In this document: positions 53,053-64,000 of the stretch, piece after piece | How positions within the stretch are numbered: position 1 is the stretch's first letter | Layout of the letters: each line of letters starts with the position of its first letter | DNA from: an uncultured Phycisphaerales bacterium | GTDB taxonomy: Bacteria > Planctomycetota > Phycisphaerae > Tepidisphaerales > Tepidisphaeraceae | Direction: 5' to 3' | Assembly: GCA_963844715.1 (NCBI GenBank) | Contig: CAWJPJ010000006.1 | Span: 608,001-672,000 of the forward strand | Length of the DNA stretch: 64,000 nucleotides | The notes under the pieces: generated by a model | Told to the model about the DNA's origin: nothing | Databases searched by the model: none | What the model saw: only the letters and a program-made list of their open reading frames with translations | Program-made: the position numbers and the translations under genes

Positions 53053-56000
53053 CTATTTCGCAATCGTTCGGCGGCGGCGCCGTTTCAAAAGCACTCCCAT
53101 CGCACCCAAGGACAGCATCATACTGGTCGCCGGTTCCGGCAAAGCATCGATGCTAGTGGCTGCCACGCCGCTCACGGTTGGGTCGCCGTAAGCGGGATTG
53201 CTGAAGTCGAAATCCAGAACCGGATCGTTCGGCACGGAGGGAACTACGATTTCAAGCTGATACGCCGCCATCGCGCTCAGGTCGCCGGTATTTCCATTGC
53301 CTTCCTGTCCGTTCCCGGCCGAGTAATTTCCGGATGCGTCGTACCACGTGTAATCGAACGCGGTCAGATCGCTTTCCAAGCCCGTGAGGCTCTCTCCGCT
53401 GTCGAAGCTGAAGAAGAGGTCGATCGGATTGGACCCGAAGCTCGACGGATTGCCGTTCTGATCGTCAACCTGCATATACAGATAACCGGCTTCCGCGTTC
53501 AGATTCGTCAACGGCGCGGTCGTAAAGGTTCCGTTGCCGTTGTTGGTGACGTACATGGTGTAATTGTTCGTCGTTCCGCCGGCTTCGGGATTGGTGCCGC
53601 CCTGCGTTCCCTGAAGGAGTTGCCGCCCATAGGCAATGGCGTTGCTGTTGGTCGGAACAAGTTCGACCAGAGGGGCAACCGTCGGGGCGACAGTGACGGT
53701 GGCGGTCTGATTGTTGTTGTTATAGCCCTGGTAAGTGTCCTGGTCGCCGTAGGTGAAGCTGTACACTTGGCTCGCCGCAGCCGTGGAGCTGGCGGTGAAT
53801 GAACCGGTATACGTGGGGCTTGAAGCGCCCGCGGTGATCGTCGGCGTTCCGCTGAACCCACTGGTATATCCATTCCCATCCGCCGAGACACCCGACACCG
53901 CCGCGCCGTCGCGGAGCGCCGAGCCGTTCAGCGGGTTGCTGAGCGAATAGTTAAAGTCAACCGTCTGGCCCTGGGTGACGACCGGGTTGAGGATCTGATT
54001 GGGAATCGCGGCGTGATCGAATACCGATCCGGTGATCGTCGCCGTGACATTTGCGTTGCCAACCGCGCTGGCCCCGGGGAGCGACTGATCGTCGCCGGTA
54101 TTGAAGCTCACGTTGACGTTCTGCGTCCCGGCCGTGGAAGCCGCGTTAAAGGCGGCGGAGTAATCGCTGGAAGAGCCCGCGGAAATCACGCCGATGGTTC
54201 CGCCGCTGAGATTCGCGCTGGTCCCGCCGACCTGGAGGCCGGCGCGAGCCGCCCCACCGCCGTCGGTCGCGGCTGCGGCAAGGTTCACGTTCGCCGCCAG
54301 GGCGCCGGAGTTCACGAAGGCGTCAAAGTTGTTGCCCGCGGTAACCGTCGCCGAGGCCAAGGCATGGTCGAGGACGTTGACGGTGACGGTGCCAGTCTGC
54401 GAGCCACTAGTTGAGTTGGAGTCGATGACCGAGAAGGTACCCGTCTGACTCGCGCCGACAGCGGTGCCGTCGAATGACAATCCGGAATAGGGATTGCTAG
54501 TTTGCCCCGCCACGACCGAGCCATTGACCTGGCTGCCGACTACGTTGGAGACATTGGAAGTGTTGAACGTGACCGGGTCCGAGCCGGTCGGAGCAGTGTT
54601 CTGGATCGTGAAACTGAACGGATCGGTCCCGCCGGTGATAATCGAGCTATAGGTCGGCGTCGCGGTGATCGTGCCGATCGTTTCCCTGTGGACCAGATCG
54701 GTTTCACCGGTGTTCAACTCCAAGTGATACGCGGGGTTCGAGACGCCGGTAAGATTAAGTGTGGCAAACCCCCCGTTCGCCGCGAGGTTCGTGCCATGGC
54801 TGAGGGTCGTATAGGTCATCAGGGTGTATTTGCCCTGATCGAGCGAGCCGAGATTCAAGGCCAGGATGTCGCTCGTGCTGGAGGTGTTGAGTGTGCCGAC
54901 GACGGCGAGTTCGTCGTTATTCCCCGCGCCGACGCCGAGAGACAATTCGCTGTCCGCGCCGAAGGTTACGGTGTTGTTATGGCCGGTGGTGCCGACGCTC
55001 AACGTCGCCATCGACGTATTGGTATCGCCGGGCGAGAGAATTGCCAGGACGGTCCCGGATTTACCGGTGAGGGTCAACGTGTCATTGGTCGCCAGGCCGA
55101 TGGTTCCGGTGCCACCCAGCGTCGTGCTGGCGGTGATGCTGTTGGGAATGGAAACGTTGCCCAGACCAGAATCCGTCCCGTCAATATAGAGGGTTCCGGC
55201 GTCAATCGTGGTGGTCCCGGTGTAGGAGTCATTGCCGGACAGGAGCAGGACACCGCCGCCCTTTACGGTCACCGACTCGATGGTGTTGTTGAAGGGGATG
55301 AGGTTGGACGTGACGGCGAGGTTTACGCCGGGATAAAGGCCGCCGGAAACCGTCGCGGTGGCGATGTTAAAGGTCGTCGCCGACTGAATGCTGACGCTTC
55401 CGCCGCTGATCATCGCGGTCGTCGACGCGGCGTCGGTCGTAACGGCGGCGGCGTCGCTGGTGCCGAAGAGAGAGTAGTTCCCGCCCTGGGAGTCGCCGTT
55501 GTTTCCCAAAGCGGCGACCAGGGAGCCGCCGGTGAACGTCAGATTGGGCAGTGTGATGCGGTAGCTGGATGTCCCCAGATCGGTGACCGTTCCGCCGCTA
55601 ATGGCGATCGTTCCCGGGGCCGTGTCGTTCCAATAGCCGAACGCATCCGTTTCTCCGCCGATCAAAGTGCCGCCGGACTCAACCGTGGTGGTACCCGAAC
55701 CGAGGGCGGTATCGCCGGTGTTGAGGCTGCCGGCAACTTCAACCGTTCCATTAATAGTCAAACCGCCGGTGTAGGAGTTATTGCCGGTCAGCAGCAGCGT
55801 TCCTGCACCGGACTCGCTGATGCTGTGGCTGCCGGAGATTATGCCCCCGACGGTGAGCGTGCTTCCCGAGACGGTGACCGTCGGGTTAGTTCCAAGCGTG
55901 ACGGCGCCCGTGCCGAGATTCAGGCTGCTGGTCCCGCCGAAGGTGAAGCTGCTGTTCCAGTTCTGAGTGACGTTGTGGCTGAGGGTGATGGGGTTGCTGG

Positions 56001-59000
56001 TCGTGTTATCGAAGTTTCCGCCCGCGATCGTGAAGTTGCCCGTGCCGATCGCGGAGGCGCTATTGATATCGAGCGTGCCGGCGTCGAGGACAGTGCCACC
56101 GCTATAAGTATTCGTGTTGGAGAGAACCAGGGTGCCGGTGCCGGTTGCCATGGTCAGTATAGCGCCGGTGCCCCCGCTGAAGAGGCCGGTCTCGGCGAAA
56201 GTCATTCCGCTGGCGATGTTAAAGGTATCGGTGCCGGTGTTCAGTGTAACCGCTCGGCTGCCGGAAACGTTGCCCGTCGCGTTCAATGTGCCGCTGGCCA
56301 GTGTGATCCCGCCGGACGCGCCGAGGTTGCTGTCGCTGGAGATGCTGAGCGTGCCGGCATCAATGATCGTCCCGCCGGTGTAGGTATTGAGCCCGGAGAG
56401 AACCAGGGTGCCGGTGCCGGTCGCCATGGTCAGCGCGCCGCTCTGGCCAGTGACGTTGGCGATGACGCCGCCGTAATTCAGGGTCTGACCGCTGGCGACG
56501 TTGATCGTCCCGCCGGACGTTCCAAGCTGAATTCCGCGATCGCTGTCGAGGGTCAGGCTGGCGGTGTCCTTCAAGGTGCCGCCGGAGAACGTCAGGAAGT
56601 TCGCAACGGGAGTGCCGGCCGGCAGCGGTTGGGGGCCTAAATCGAGATCGTTGCTGATACTGAGCGTGCCGCTGGAGAGGTTCCATAAGCCGGAGTAGGG
56701 GTTGCTGCCGCCGAGGACGACCGTGCCCGCGCCGGCGATATTCATCGTGTCATTCGACGCGCCGGCGGAAAGATCGCCAGCGTCGATCGTGAAGTGTCCT
56801 GTCCATGCTGCTGGTTTTCAAAGTGAAAGTATCGCCCGCGGTTGCGTCCAGATTGATCGCGGCGTTTTCGACCGCCGTTGTTCCGCTGCCTTCCACCGCG
56901 CCGCCGCTGTTGAGGGTCGACCTGGGCAGTCGAGGTGATTCCGCCAAACTGAAGGGTGCCGCCCGTTTTCGACGACGGGAATCGCTGATCCGAGTGCGCC
57001 ATCTGGCGGTGACATTCCACAATTCCACTGTTGACGGTGACGCCGCCCGGTGAAAGAGTTGGATCCATCGGAGAGAGTGACTGTTCCGCTTCCGCTCATC
57101 GCCAGGCTGCCGCCGGTGCCGCTGATCAAGCCGGAAATATTCGGCGTGGTCTTGCTGTTATTCAAAGTCAGGGCGTTGCCGCCCAGGTTGACCGCGCCGG
57201 CGCCGGTGAGAGAGAGCAGGCTTTGATTCGGCGCCAAGGGCGAGCGTGCCGGGTGTTGGTGACATCCGCGGTGCCGCTGCCGAGCGCGCCGGTCGTATTA
57301 AGGTTTAGCGTTGAGCCGGGCTAACGGTGACGCGCGGTCCCGGTGACAAGAGAAGAGGCCGCTGTTCCCAATGTGGAAGAGCCGCTGCCGGAGAAGGTGA
57401 TCGTTCGCCCGTGCCGCCGTCGGCCAGCGCGCCGAGGGTGAGGGCTGTGCCGGTCGCGCGCGATGAAGGTGGCGTTGCCGGTCAGGGTGGTTGTGCCGAA
57501 GGTCAGACGCGGCCGTTCCGCTGGCGACGTTGGTCCCTTTTGCGAGGCTCAGGGTGTTGTGCGCCGATGGAGAGGGTGCCGAGGGTGTAGTTGACGCCCG
57601 CGCCGCTGCCGGCGAGGTCGGACGTAAGTGTCGAGGTCCGCCGAATGGTCGTGTTGTAGGCGGTGAGGGCTCCGCCGGTTTGAAGATCGAGGGTTCCGCC
57701 GTTCAAAACCACTGCGCCGGTTCCGAGAGAGGCGGAGTTTTGAGCCGCCAGTGTTCCGGCCGACACGGTAGTGTTGCCTGAATAGGTGTTGGCGGTGGTC
57801 AGGAAAAGCGTACCGGCGCCGGTGGCCAGGGTGAGGCCCCCGGTTTGCCCGGAGACGTTGGCGATCGTTCCGCCATAGGTGAGTGTTTTGGTACTGGCTG
57901 ACGTCGAACGTGCCGCCGGCGGTGCCGAGCTGTATTCCGCGATACTGGCTTAGGGCAAAGCTCGCGGTGGCGTCGAGGGTTCCGCCGCTAAAGGTGAGAT
58001 AGTTAGCCACGCCAGGGGAAGTCGGCGCGGCACCGAGATCGGTGTCAGCACCGATGCTCAGGGTGCCGGAACTCAGATTCCACAAACCAGCATAGGTATT
58101 GGCTCCGCCCAGGGTGATGGTTCCAGCGCCTGCGACGGTGATAGTGGAGGTGGACGCCCCGCCGCTCAGATCACCCGAATCGATGGTGAATGAATCGGAG
58201 GCGGTGCTGCTGGTTTCGAGGGTGAATGTGCCACTGGCCGTATTGGCGAGGATCATGGCCGCGTTTTGAACGGACGTTCCGCTGCCTTCAAGCAGCAGTG
58301 TCCGCGTCAAAAGTCAAAGCCTTGGTCGAAGTGATTCCGGCCAACTGCAACGTGCCGCCGTTGATGGTGGCGGTGCCGGTGCCCATCGCGCCAGCCGCGG
58401 TGATTTCAAGGGTTCCCCCGTCGACGTTTACGCCGCCGCTGAAGGAGTTCGACCCGTCGGACAGGATGTAGGTGCTAGATCCGGTCTCGGTGACAGCGAC
58501 CGTACGCAGCCCCGTGCCGTTGCTGATGGCGCCACTCAGGGTAACGACTCCGGCTCCAGTGCCAGTGAGGTTGAGCGTGGCGCCGGTGTTACTTCCGTTA
58601 TTTGTAAACGCGTTGGCGATGCTTTCATTGCTGGCGGAGCTTTGAGTGATGGTGGGATTGGCCTCGATATCAAAGGAATCGCCACCGAGGAAGAATGCGC
58701 CGCCGCCACTGCTGAAGGTCAGTGCTGGTGAAGATAAAGTCGTTGGCGATGTTGTTATCAAGGGGGATGGTGTTAGTACCAAGATTTTTTGTTCCCGCAA
58801 AGATGAGCGCCGTGGCCGTATTGGACGTGGGGGCAGTGCCGCCCCAGTTGCCGGTATTGCTCCAGTCGCTGGCAGTTCCACCAGTTCCGCCCCCGTTCCA
58901 GGTAAACGTCGCGGCCGATGCCGCGGCAGCGTTGGCATTGCCACCACACCCGCGATCGCCAGCGCCATAACCCCGGCGGCTTTGGCCTTACCTCTAAATG

Positions 59001-59046
59001 CACCTATAGAACGGCTGCTGTACCCTAGGTCTTTCCACAATCTCAT
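53053..59046 (-). CDS. Giant (~2000 aa) secreted autotransporter-associated beta-strand repeat protein with PEP-CTERM sorting signal (multiple frameshifts 56700-58950)
   Basis: RBS AGAAGGAG and signal-like N-terminus; many 'GTGTLVLSGxNTYTGGTxIxAGTL' repeats; C-terminal LPEPATSMMLSLGAMGVLLKRRRRR. Confidence 0.88.
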
Positions 59047-59556
59047 CTGAGGCTCCTTCTCGATCGACTTCTCTCACTGGCGGCAAACTGCACCTACCGA
59101 GTGAGCGCCTCTGGACCCTATGTGCCACCCGACCAGACTGAGGTATCCCAAGAACGGCGACCCAACGCCGGTTACGGCGAGATACCTCTGACGAGCCGGA
59201 TGATTCCCACTTCAGCGACCGCCCTGACGGCCGCATTCGAAGAAGACAATGTCGCAAAAACCCCCAAAGACAAATCTGCCAAGCCCCGATTTTTCGGATT
59301 AGCGCTTTCTTATTCGCACGTTCTGCCGCTTTATGCCGGTGAATCCCCGTTAGGCGATACAGACGTCATAACCGGTCAAACGACCTGCACAATTCCCGAA
59401 ATCTGTTCCGTTTATGCAGGCAAAATGGATGGAACCGCCAATCCGCCAGAGGACCCCAAGATCAAGGCGCGAAGAAAACCAATAATTGGCCCTTTGCATT
59501 TCCCTGCGCGGTTTTACCTTGGCGTCCTCGGCGGCTTGGCGGTTTAATCATCTTCA

Positions 59557-60372
59557 ATGATTCGAAGAGACGCCCCCAACGAGATCTGGCTGATCGCCCA
59601 GCACGATCATGCGCTATTGGCCGGGGAGCTGCTGAACAACGTCGGAAACGCCCTTTTTTCGCCGCCGACCCCGTTCCAGGCGGTCATTTCCGCCACCAGT
59701 CATCATGATGTGGGCTGGCAATCGCGGGATGCGTACCCCTCCCTGAACTTCCAGAATCGGCCTGCCCATGTATTTGAAATAAACATCGAAATCGCCCTCG
59801 CAGCCTGGCAGGATTCGGTCTCGGCGGCGCTTTTGGAGGACCCGTATTCGGCCCTTTTGGTGAGCTTGCACGCCATGAATCTGGCCGCCGGCGCAACGGC
59901 CAAAACTCCGCCCGATGCCTTCCGCCTCCAGCAATTCTTCCAGCGCCAAGCCGAGTTGCAGGAATCGCTGCGAAAGAAACTGGGCATGCGGACAGACCTT
60001 CCGCTGACTGGCGGTCTGCGCGGCTCCGAGCGGTCGGACGATGAAGAACTTCTCGCCTCCAATTTCCATTTGCTTCAGTTATTCGATCAACTGAGCCTGG
60101 TCCTGTGCTTCGATCGGCTGGTATTTAAGCGCATTGGGGACGTCTATCCGCGGCCGATGGAAGCGCCGGTGACGATTCGTCTCGATCGGACGGCTCCGGG
60201 GGTGATTCGAATCGATCCCTGGCCCTTTGCCGTACCCCGATTGAATCTGCAAATTCCCGCCAAAAGATTGCCGGATAGGCGGTACCCCAGCGAATCCGCG
60301 CTGGCCGATGCGTACGCAAAAGCCAAAACGGAATTGCTCCATGTACAGTTGAAAACCTGGCAAGAAATCTGA
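59557..60372 (+). CDS. DUF3891-like protein
   Basis: LIAQHDHALLAG, HHDVGW, ALLVSLH, LQLFDQLSL and IDPWPF. Confidence 0.75.
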   Translation: MIRRDAPNEIWLIAQHDHALLAGELLNNVGNALFSPPTPFQAVISATSHHDVGWQSRDAYPSLNFQNRPAHVFEINIEIALAAWQDSVSAALLEDPYSALLVSLHAMNLAAGATAKTPPDAFRLQQFFQRQAELQESLRKKLGMRTDLPLTGGLRGSERSDDEELLASNFHLLQLFDQLSLVLCFDRLVFKRIGDVYPRPMEAPVTIRLDRTAPGVIRIDPWPFAVPRLNLQIPAKRLPDRRYPSESALADAYAKAKTELLHVQLKTWQEI

Positions 60373-60415
60373 AATCTGAGATTGAAGATCTCAAAATTCC
60401 CCTATACTCGCCCGC

Positions 60416-61387
60416 ATGATTCTAGCCGGTGTGGATGAGGCGGGTTACGGCCCGGTTCTGGGGCCTCTGGTGATCGGCTGCTGCGCGTTTGAGATCGCAG
60501 GCGATTTCCCGCCGGAAGAACTCCCCTGCCTTTGGAAAAAACTGAGCAAGATCGTCAGCAAGAAGAAATCCGCCAAGGGGAAAAAGCTTCACATCAACGA
60601 CAGCAAACAGGTTTACAGCCCGAGCGCGGGATTGAAGGAACTGGAGCGGTCCGTGGTGGCCATGGTTCTGGCGATGGGACAGGAGCCGAAGAGTTTATGT
60701 GATTTTGTGAACTGCACGGCCTCGCACGTGACCGAGGAACTAACCCAATATTCCTGGTATCAAGGATATGACGAGGAGCGATTCCCCATCGAGCAACCGA
60801 TGCTCCCGCTGCAAATATTCGCCAGTGCCCTTCGCAGGCAAATGGAGACCTCGGCCGCGCGATGCGTGCATCTGGCGGCGCGAGTTGTACTCGAGCGGCA
60901 GCTTAACGAGCGCTTCGCCGCCACGCGCAACAAGAGCGCGGTGCTGGGTTCGGTCACGTCGATTCATCTCGATTTTCTTTTGCGAACATGGGGGACACAG
61001 CCCCTGGTGATTTTCTGCGACCGCCAGGGTGGGAAGGAACACTACGGCAGCGACCTGCGCCTCTGGTTTGGCGAATGGGATTTGGAAGTCCTCAACGAAA
61101 AGGACGGCCGAAGCGATTACCGGCTAAAGCGAGACGCGAACACGGTCCACATCTTCTTCCGCGAAAAGGCCGAGTCGCAATGCCTCCCCGTCGCCATGGC
61201 AAGTATGCTGAGCAAATATCTGCGCGAATGCCTCATGCGACGCTTCAACGCCTTCTGGTCGCAACAACTACCGGAGGTCACGCCTACGGCGGGGTATTAC
61301 AATGACGGGCTGCGGTTTTTACGGGATATTGAGGTGAAGAGAAGGGAGCTGGGCATTCGGGATGAGGAGATGATACGGTCTCGGTAG
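60416..61387 (+). CDS. RNase HII-like protein
   Basis: AGVDEAGYGPVLGPLV, NDSK, CDRQGG, KAES...VAMASMLSKYLRE and TAGY. Confidence 0.8.
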   Translation: MILAGVDEAGYGPVLGPLVIGCCAFEIAGDFPPEELPCLWKKLSKIVSKKKSAKGKKLHINDSKQVYSPSAGLKELERSVVAMVLAMGQEPKSLCDFVNCTASHVTEELTQYSWYQGYDEERFPIEQPMLPLQIFASALRRQMETSAARCVHLAARVVLERQLNERFAATRNKSAVLGSVTSIHLDFLLRTWGTQPLVIFCDRQGGKEHYGSDLRLWFGEWDLEVLNEKDGRSDYRLKRDANTVHIFFREKAESQCLPVAMASMLSKYLRECLMRRFNAFWSQQLPEVTPTAGYYNDGLRFLRDIEVKRRELGIRDEEMIRSR

Positions 61388-61574
61388 AGACGGAGAGACG
61401 GAGGGAGGTTCGGCGCGGGGAGACGTCTCAAGCTGCGCTAGAGCGGGCGAGCCGTGGAACAGTTGAGCAGTGGAGGGCGAGGCGGGCCGTTCGGGCAGAG
61501 GGAGGTTCGCGAGGCATCTTTTGCGTTCAATAAATACGGGGGGGGTATAGCACATACGTAGATATTGATGAATA

Positions 61575-61626
61575 AATAGCTGCGTCCCCGTTTCATGTTC
61601 CGTTTCATGTTCCCCGTTTCATGTTC
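61575..61626 (+). repeat. AATAGCTGCGTCCCC motif followed by 3x CGTTTCATGTTC tandem at the RHS cassette junction
   Basis: Directly visible: aatagctgcgtcccc-gtttcatgttc-cgtttcatgttc-cccgtttcatgttc. Confidence 0.7.
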
Positions 61627-62863
61627 GGCAACATCGTCAGCCAGACCAGTCCTTCGAACCAGCCGCGCTTTGCGTATTCTGGAATGCAGCTCGACCCTGC
61701 AACGGGTCTCTACTACGACAGCGCGCGTTACTACGACGCCGGCACGGGCACATTCATCAGCCAGGACCCCACAGGCTTTGGCGGCGGGACAGCCGATCTC
61801 TATGACTACGTCGGCAATGACCCGGTGAATATGACCGATCCGTCGGGAGAGCGCGGATTCGCCGCCGAAGCGGTGCAGAATAAGCCGTCCATCCAACTGA
61901 TGTTCGCGCCTCCGACTGGAGGCGGCGGTGGAGACGTAGCTGCTGCCAGACCTCTCCGACCTGGAACAGCTATTGGCACTTGACCCGCTAGCAGCATTTG
62001 CCGGCCCCCCCGACGAGTTCACCCAGCTCCACCCCAAGCGGCGGCGGAGGGCCTGGCGAAACCATCAATTGGCCGGATTTTGGGGTGGGCGGCCCGGCCA
62101 TTGGTCCGGGATTCTCGTATAACGCAGACTTCTCGGATGTCATGGTTAATCCGGCGGCTTATGGGTACTCACCGCAATTTGACCCATCGACTCAGCTGCA
62201 AAACCTTACAGACGGCCTAAATCAGCTTCTCGATGACCCAGCCGCCGATATGGAAAACGAGCAAATCAATTCCTACGTCCAAGCGCAGAACAAGATACAG
62301 AATGCTAACATCGAATACGGCGGGTTTGACTACCTCACCGGCGGGGGACAAACAGTGCCCATTTATACCACGCCAGCGTCGATCGACTACATTTCCGGTG
62401 GATTCAACCTAACAGGCCAGGCCTTACTCGCAATAGGCACAGACGGCGCGTCTCTAGAAGAGGAGTCGATAATTGACACTGCGGTGGTCGGTGCAGAGGA
62501 TAGCGCCGCAGATGCAGTCCAGGATACTGTTCCAGTCTATCGGGCCGTTTCTCAAGCCGAGTGGGACCAGATTGCTCAGGACGGCGAGTTCTACTCGCCT
62601 CCGAACGCATCAACGCCGACGGGCAATGCGGGCAAGTGGTTCTACGGCGACCAAACTTCGGCGGAACAATTTGCAAGCACCATATCTCAGCTCAGCTTGA
62701 AAACACTCCATACGGGGTGGTGCAGGCCCAGGTGCCGAGAAGCTCAATCACATTTATGCAATCTGGGATTGACAGTGGCTATGGAGTGACTAACGGCACG
62801 GGCCTATTCTCCGAATTCCCCGGGCTTAGCGGGGTTCCAATCGCACCGGTGACTCCTCCATAG
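61621..62863 (+). CDS. Orphan (5'-truncated) RHS core + C-terminal toxin domain (frameshifts ~61975 and ~62690)
   Basis: FGN...RFAYSG..LDPATGLYY..ARYYD..TGTFISQDP...LYDYVGNDPVNMTDPSG; C-terminal VYRAVSQAE...GKWF domain. Confidence 0.8.
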
Positions 62864-62870
62864 GAGTTTT

Positions 62871-63297
62871 ATGGCAGATCAAATACTTGAAAAAAATGCC
62901 CCTCGCGTCCTCTTCGATATACGAAACGACGCGGACAAACTTGCAAGGATGCAAAAAGCCTCGACATCCGCTGGGCCGTGGGGGGTCGCGATACAGCATG
63001 GCTTTGTTGGCTCGCCGGAATGGTGGTCAGCTCTTGAATCACGCGAAATAAAACTCGAAACTTTTGAGGGCACGATCAGCGGCACAGACTTTGGTCCCAT
63101 GGGCGACACACTGGAAGTGCACATCACAGGACCGGAGGGAAAGCAAGATTGGATCGCATGGACGGGATTTGATGTGGCGCTTGTCGGAACCAAGGTTCGC
63201 ACCCGTTACGTGCGGCTGCTGCCCAAGCAGCCTTCAATTCATCGACCAGGCTAGCTATTTGGTTCCCGTGCTGTTACAAGTCGAAGTTGTGGATTAA
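62871..63297 (+). CDS. Putative immunity protein (frameshift ~63250)
   Basis: Starts 7 nt after the toxin stop with RBS AGGAG; small, lower-GC ORF. Confidence 0.55.
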
Positions 63298-63621
63298 CCC
63301 ACTCAGTGGGAACCCGCCACACGGCGACAGAGAGCGAGGGAGCGTTGGTCAATTCGAGGCACAAAGCCCCTTCGGAATTTTGATGCCCAGCGATACCGTC
63401 GGTGCCGCCGCCGACTTCAAAAACTTCTGGTGATATAATTCGCTCGGCAATCATGAGCGAAGTGAGCTTGAACCACACGAAGGCCGGAAAATCATCAATC
63501 AAACGAAAGCGAACAGGTCTGAATTAAGGTCAACGCGGTGGCATCTTTAAAAGAACTGAGCGGGTTGATGGCATTCGGATAGGCTTTACACGCCGATCGT
63601 GCAACCGTCTAATTCGTGGTG

Positions 63622-64000
63622 ATGTACCATGATTCGCCAGGTTCTGTGGTCGTGGTCACTTCCGCCGACGCGGGGCATTTTGAGCTGGCAAACGAATTGA
63701 TGGATTCCGTGCGGAGTCATCCCGGCCTCGCGCCCATCAAACTCGGCATGCTGGACTGCGGCCTCACAGACGCGCAGCGAGAATTGCTTATCGCGAAAGA
63801 TGTGTTGATCGTGCGCGCCCGATGGGAATTCGAGGAGGGTTTTCCGCCGGAAATGCCGACGGCGTGGCTCGCGTTGTGGTCGCGTCCATTTCTCCCGAGA
63901 TATTTCCGCGACTTCGACGTAATCGTCTACCTCGACAGCGATACTTGGGTGCAAATGGCCGATGGGATAGTGGACCTCGTTAACGGCGCCGAGCGCGCAG
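63622..64000 (+). CDS. Glycosyltransferase (GT8-like nucleotide-diphospho-sugar transferase), 3' end off window
   Basis: Manual translation: VVVTSADAGHF...LDCGL...SRPFLPRYF...IVYLDSDTWV (DxD). Confidence 0.7.
   Translation, partial: MYHDSPGSVVVVTSADAGHFELANELMDSVRSHPGLAPIKLGMLDCGLTDAQRELLIAKDVLIVRARWEFEEGFPPEMPTAWLALWSRPFLPRYFRDFDVIVYLDSDTWVQMADGIVDLVNGAERA

Noticed and set aside
6226..63300. Widespread frameshifts suggesting pseudogenisation or programmed frameshifting (purA, cimA, uppS, argS, aroF, HD, GTs, radical SAM)
   Set aside because: They hit essential genes, are single-base indels often in short homopolymers, and the flanking protein motifs are intact, so long-read error is the simpler explanation. 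Read polishing would decide.
63251..63502. 83-aa minus-strand ORF
   Set aside because: No clear start or RBS and no recognisable motif; possibly a gene remnant.

Overview
This is a GC-rich bacterial chromosome segment, most likely from a planctomycete such as Phycisphaerae/Tepidisphaerales. That assignment is inferred from the giant PEP-CTERM protein, the Ser/Thr kinase-TPR protein, the RAYT/REP repertoire and the gene order. Many genes, including essential ones (argS, purA, uppS), are split by single-base frameshifts, which I read as long-read sequencing or assembly indels rather than pseudogenes. The housekeeping backbone is tRNA-Asp, purA, hpt, pckG, cimA, uppS, cdsA, phoH-7TM/HD-ybeY-CBS, aroF-tpiA-secG-yicC-gmk-rpoZ-coaC and argS. 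Accessory content includes a RAYT transposase and several REP-like families, glycosyltransferases, a polysaccharide-degradation cluster (GH44, two pectinesterases, FGE/BNR protein, GH65-like), a ~6 kb PEP-CTERM beta-strand-repeat gene and an orphan RHS toxin/immunity cassette. The most notable item is a tightly coupled operon at 47423-50680 (- strand). It encodes a divergent Lgt-like transferase, a tetraether-synthase (Tes/GDGT-MAS)-like radical SAM enzyme and three tandem paralogous small membrane proteins that all end in a lipobox-like LLxG[AV]CF motif, making it a candidate dedicated protein-lipidation/lipid-crosslinking system. Second is a clear Ile-codon leader peptide and attenuator upstream of cimA. 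All family assignments come from motif recognition by eye; no searches were run.
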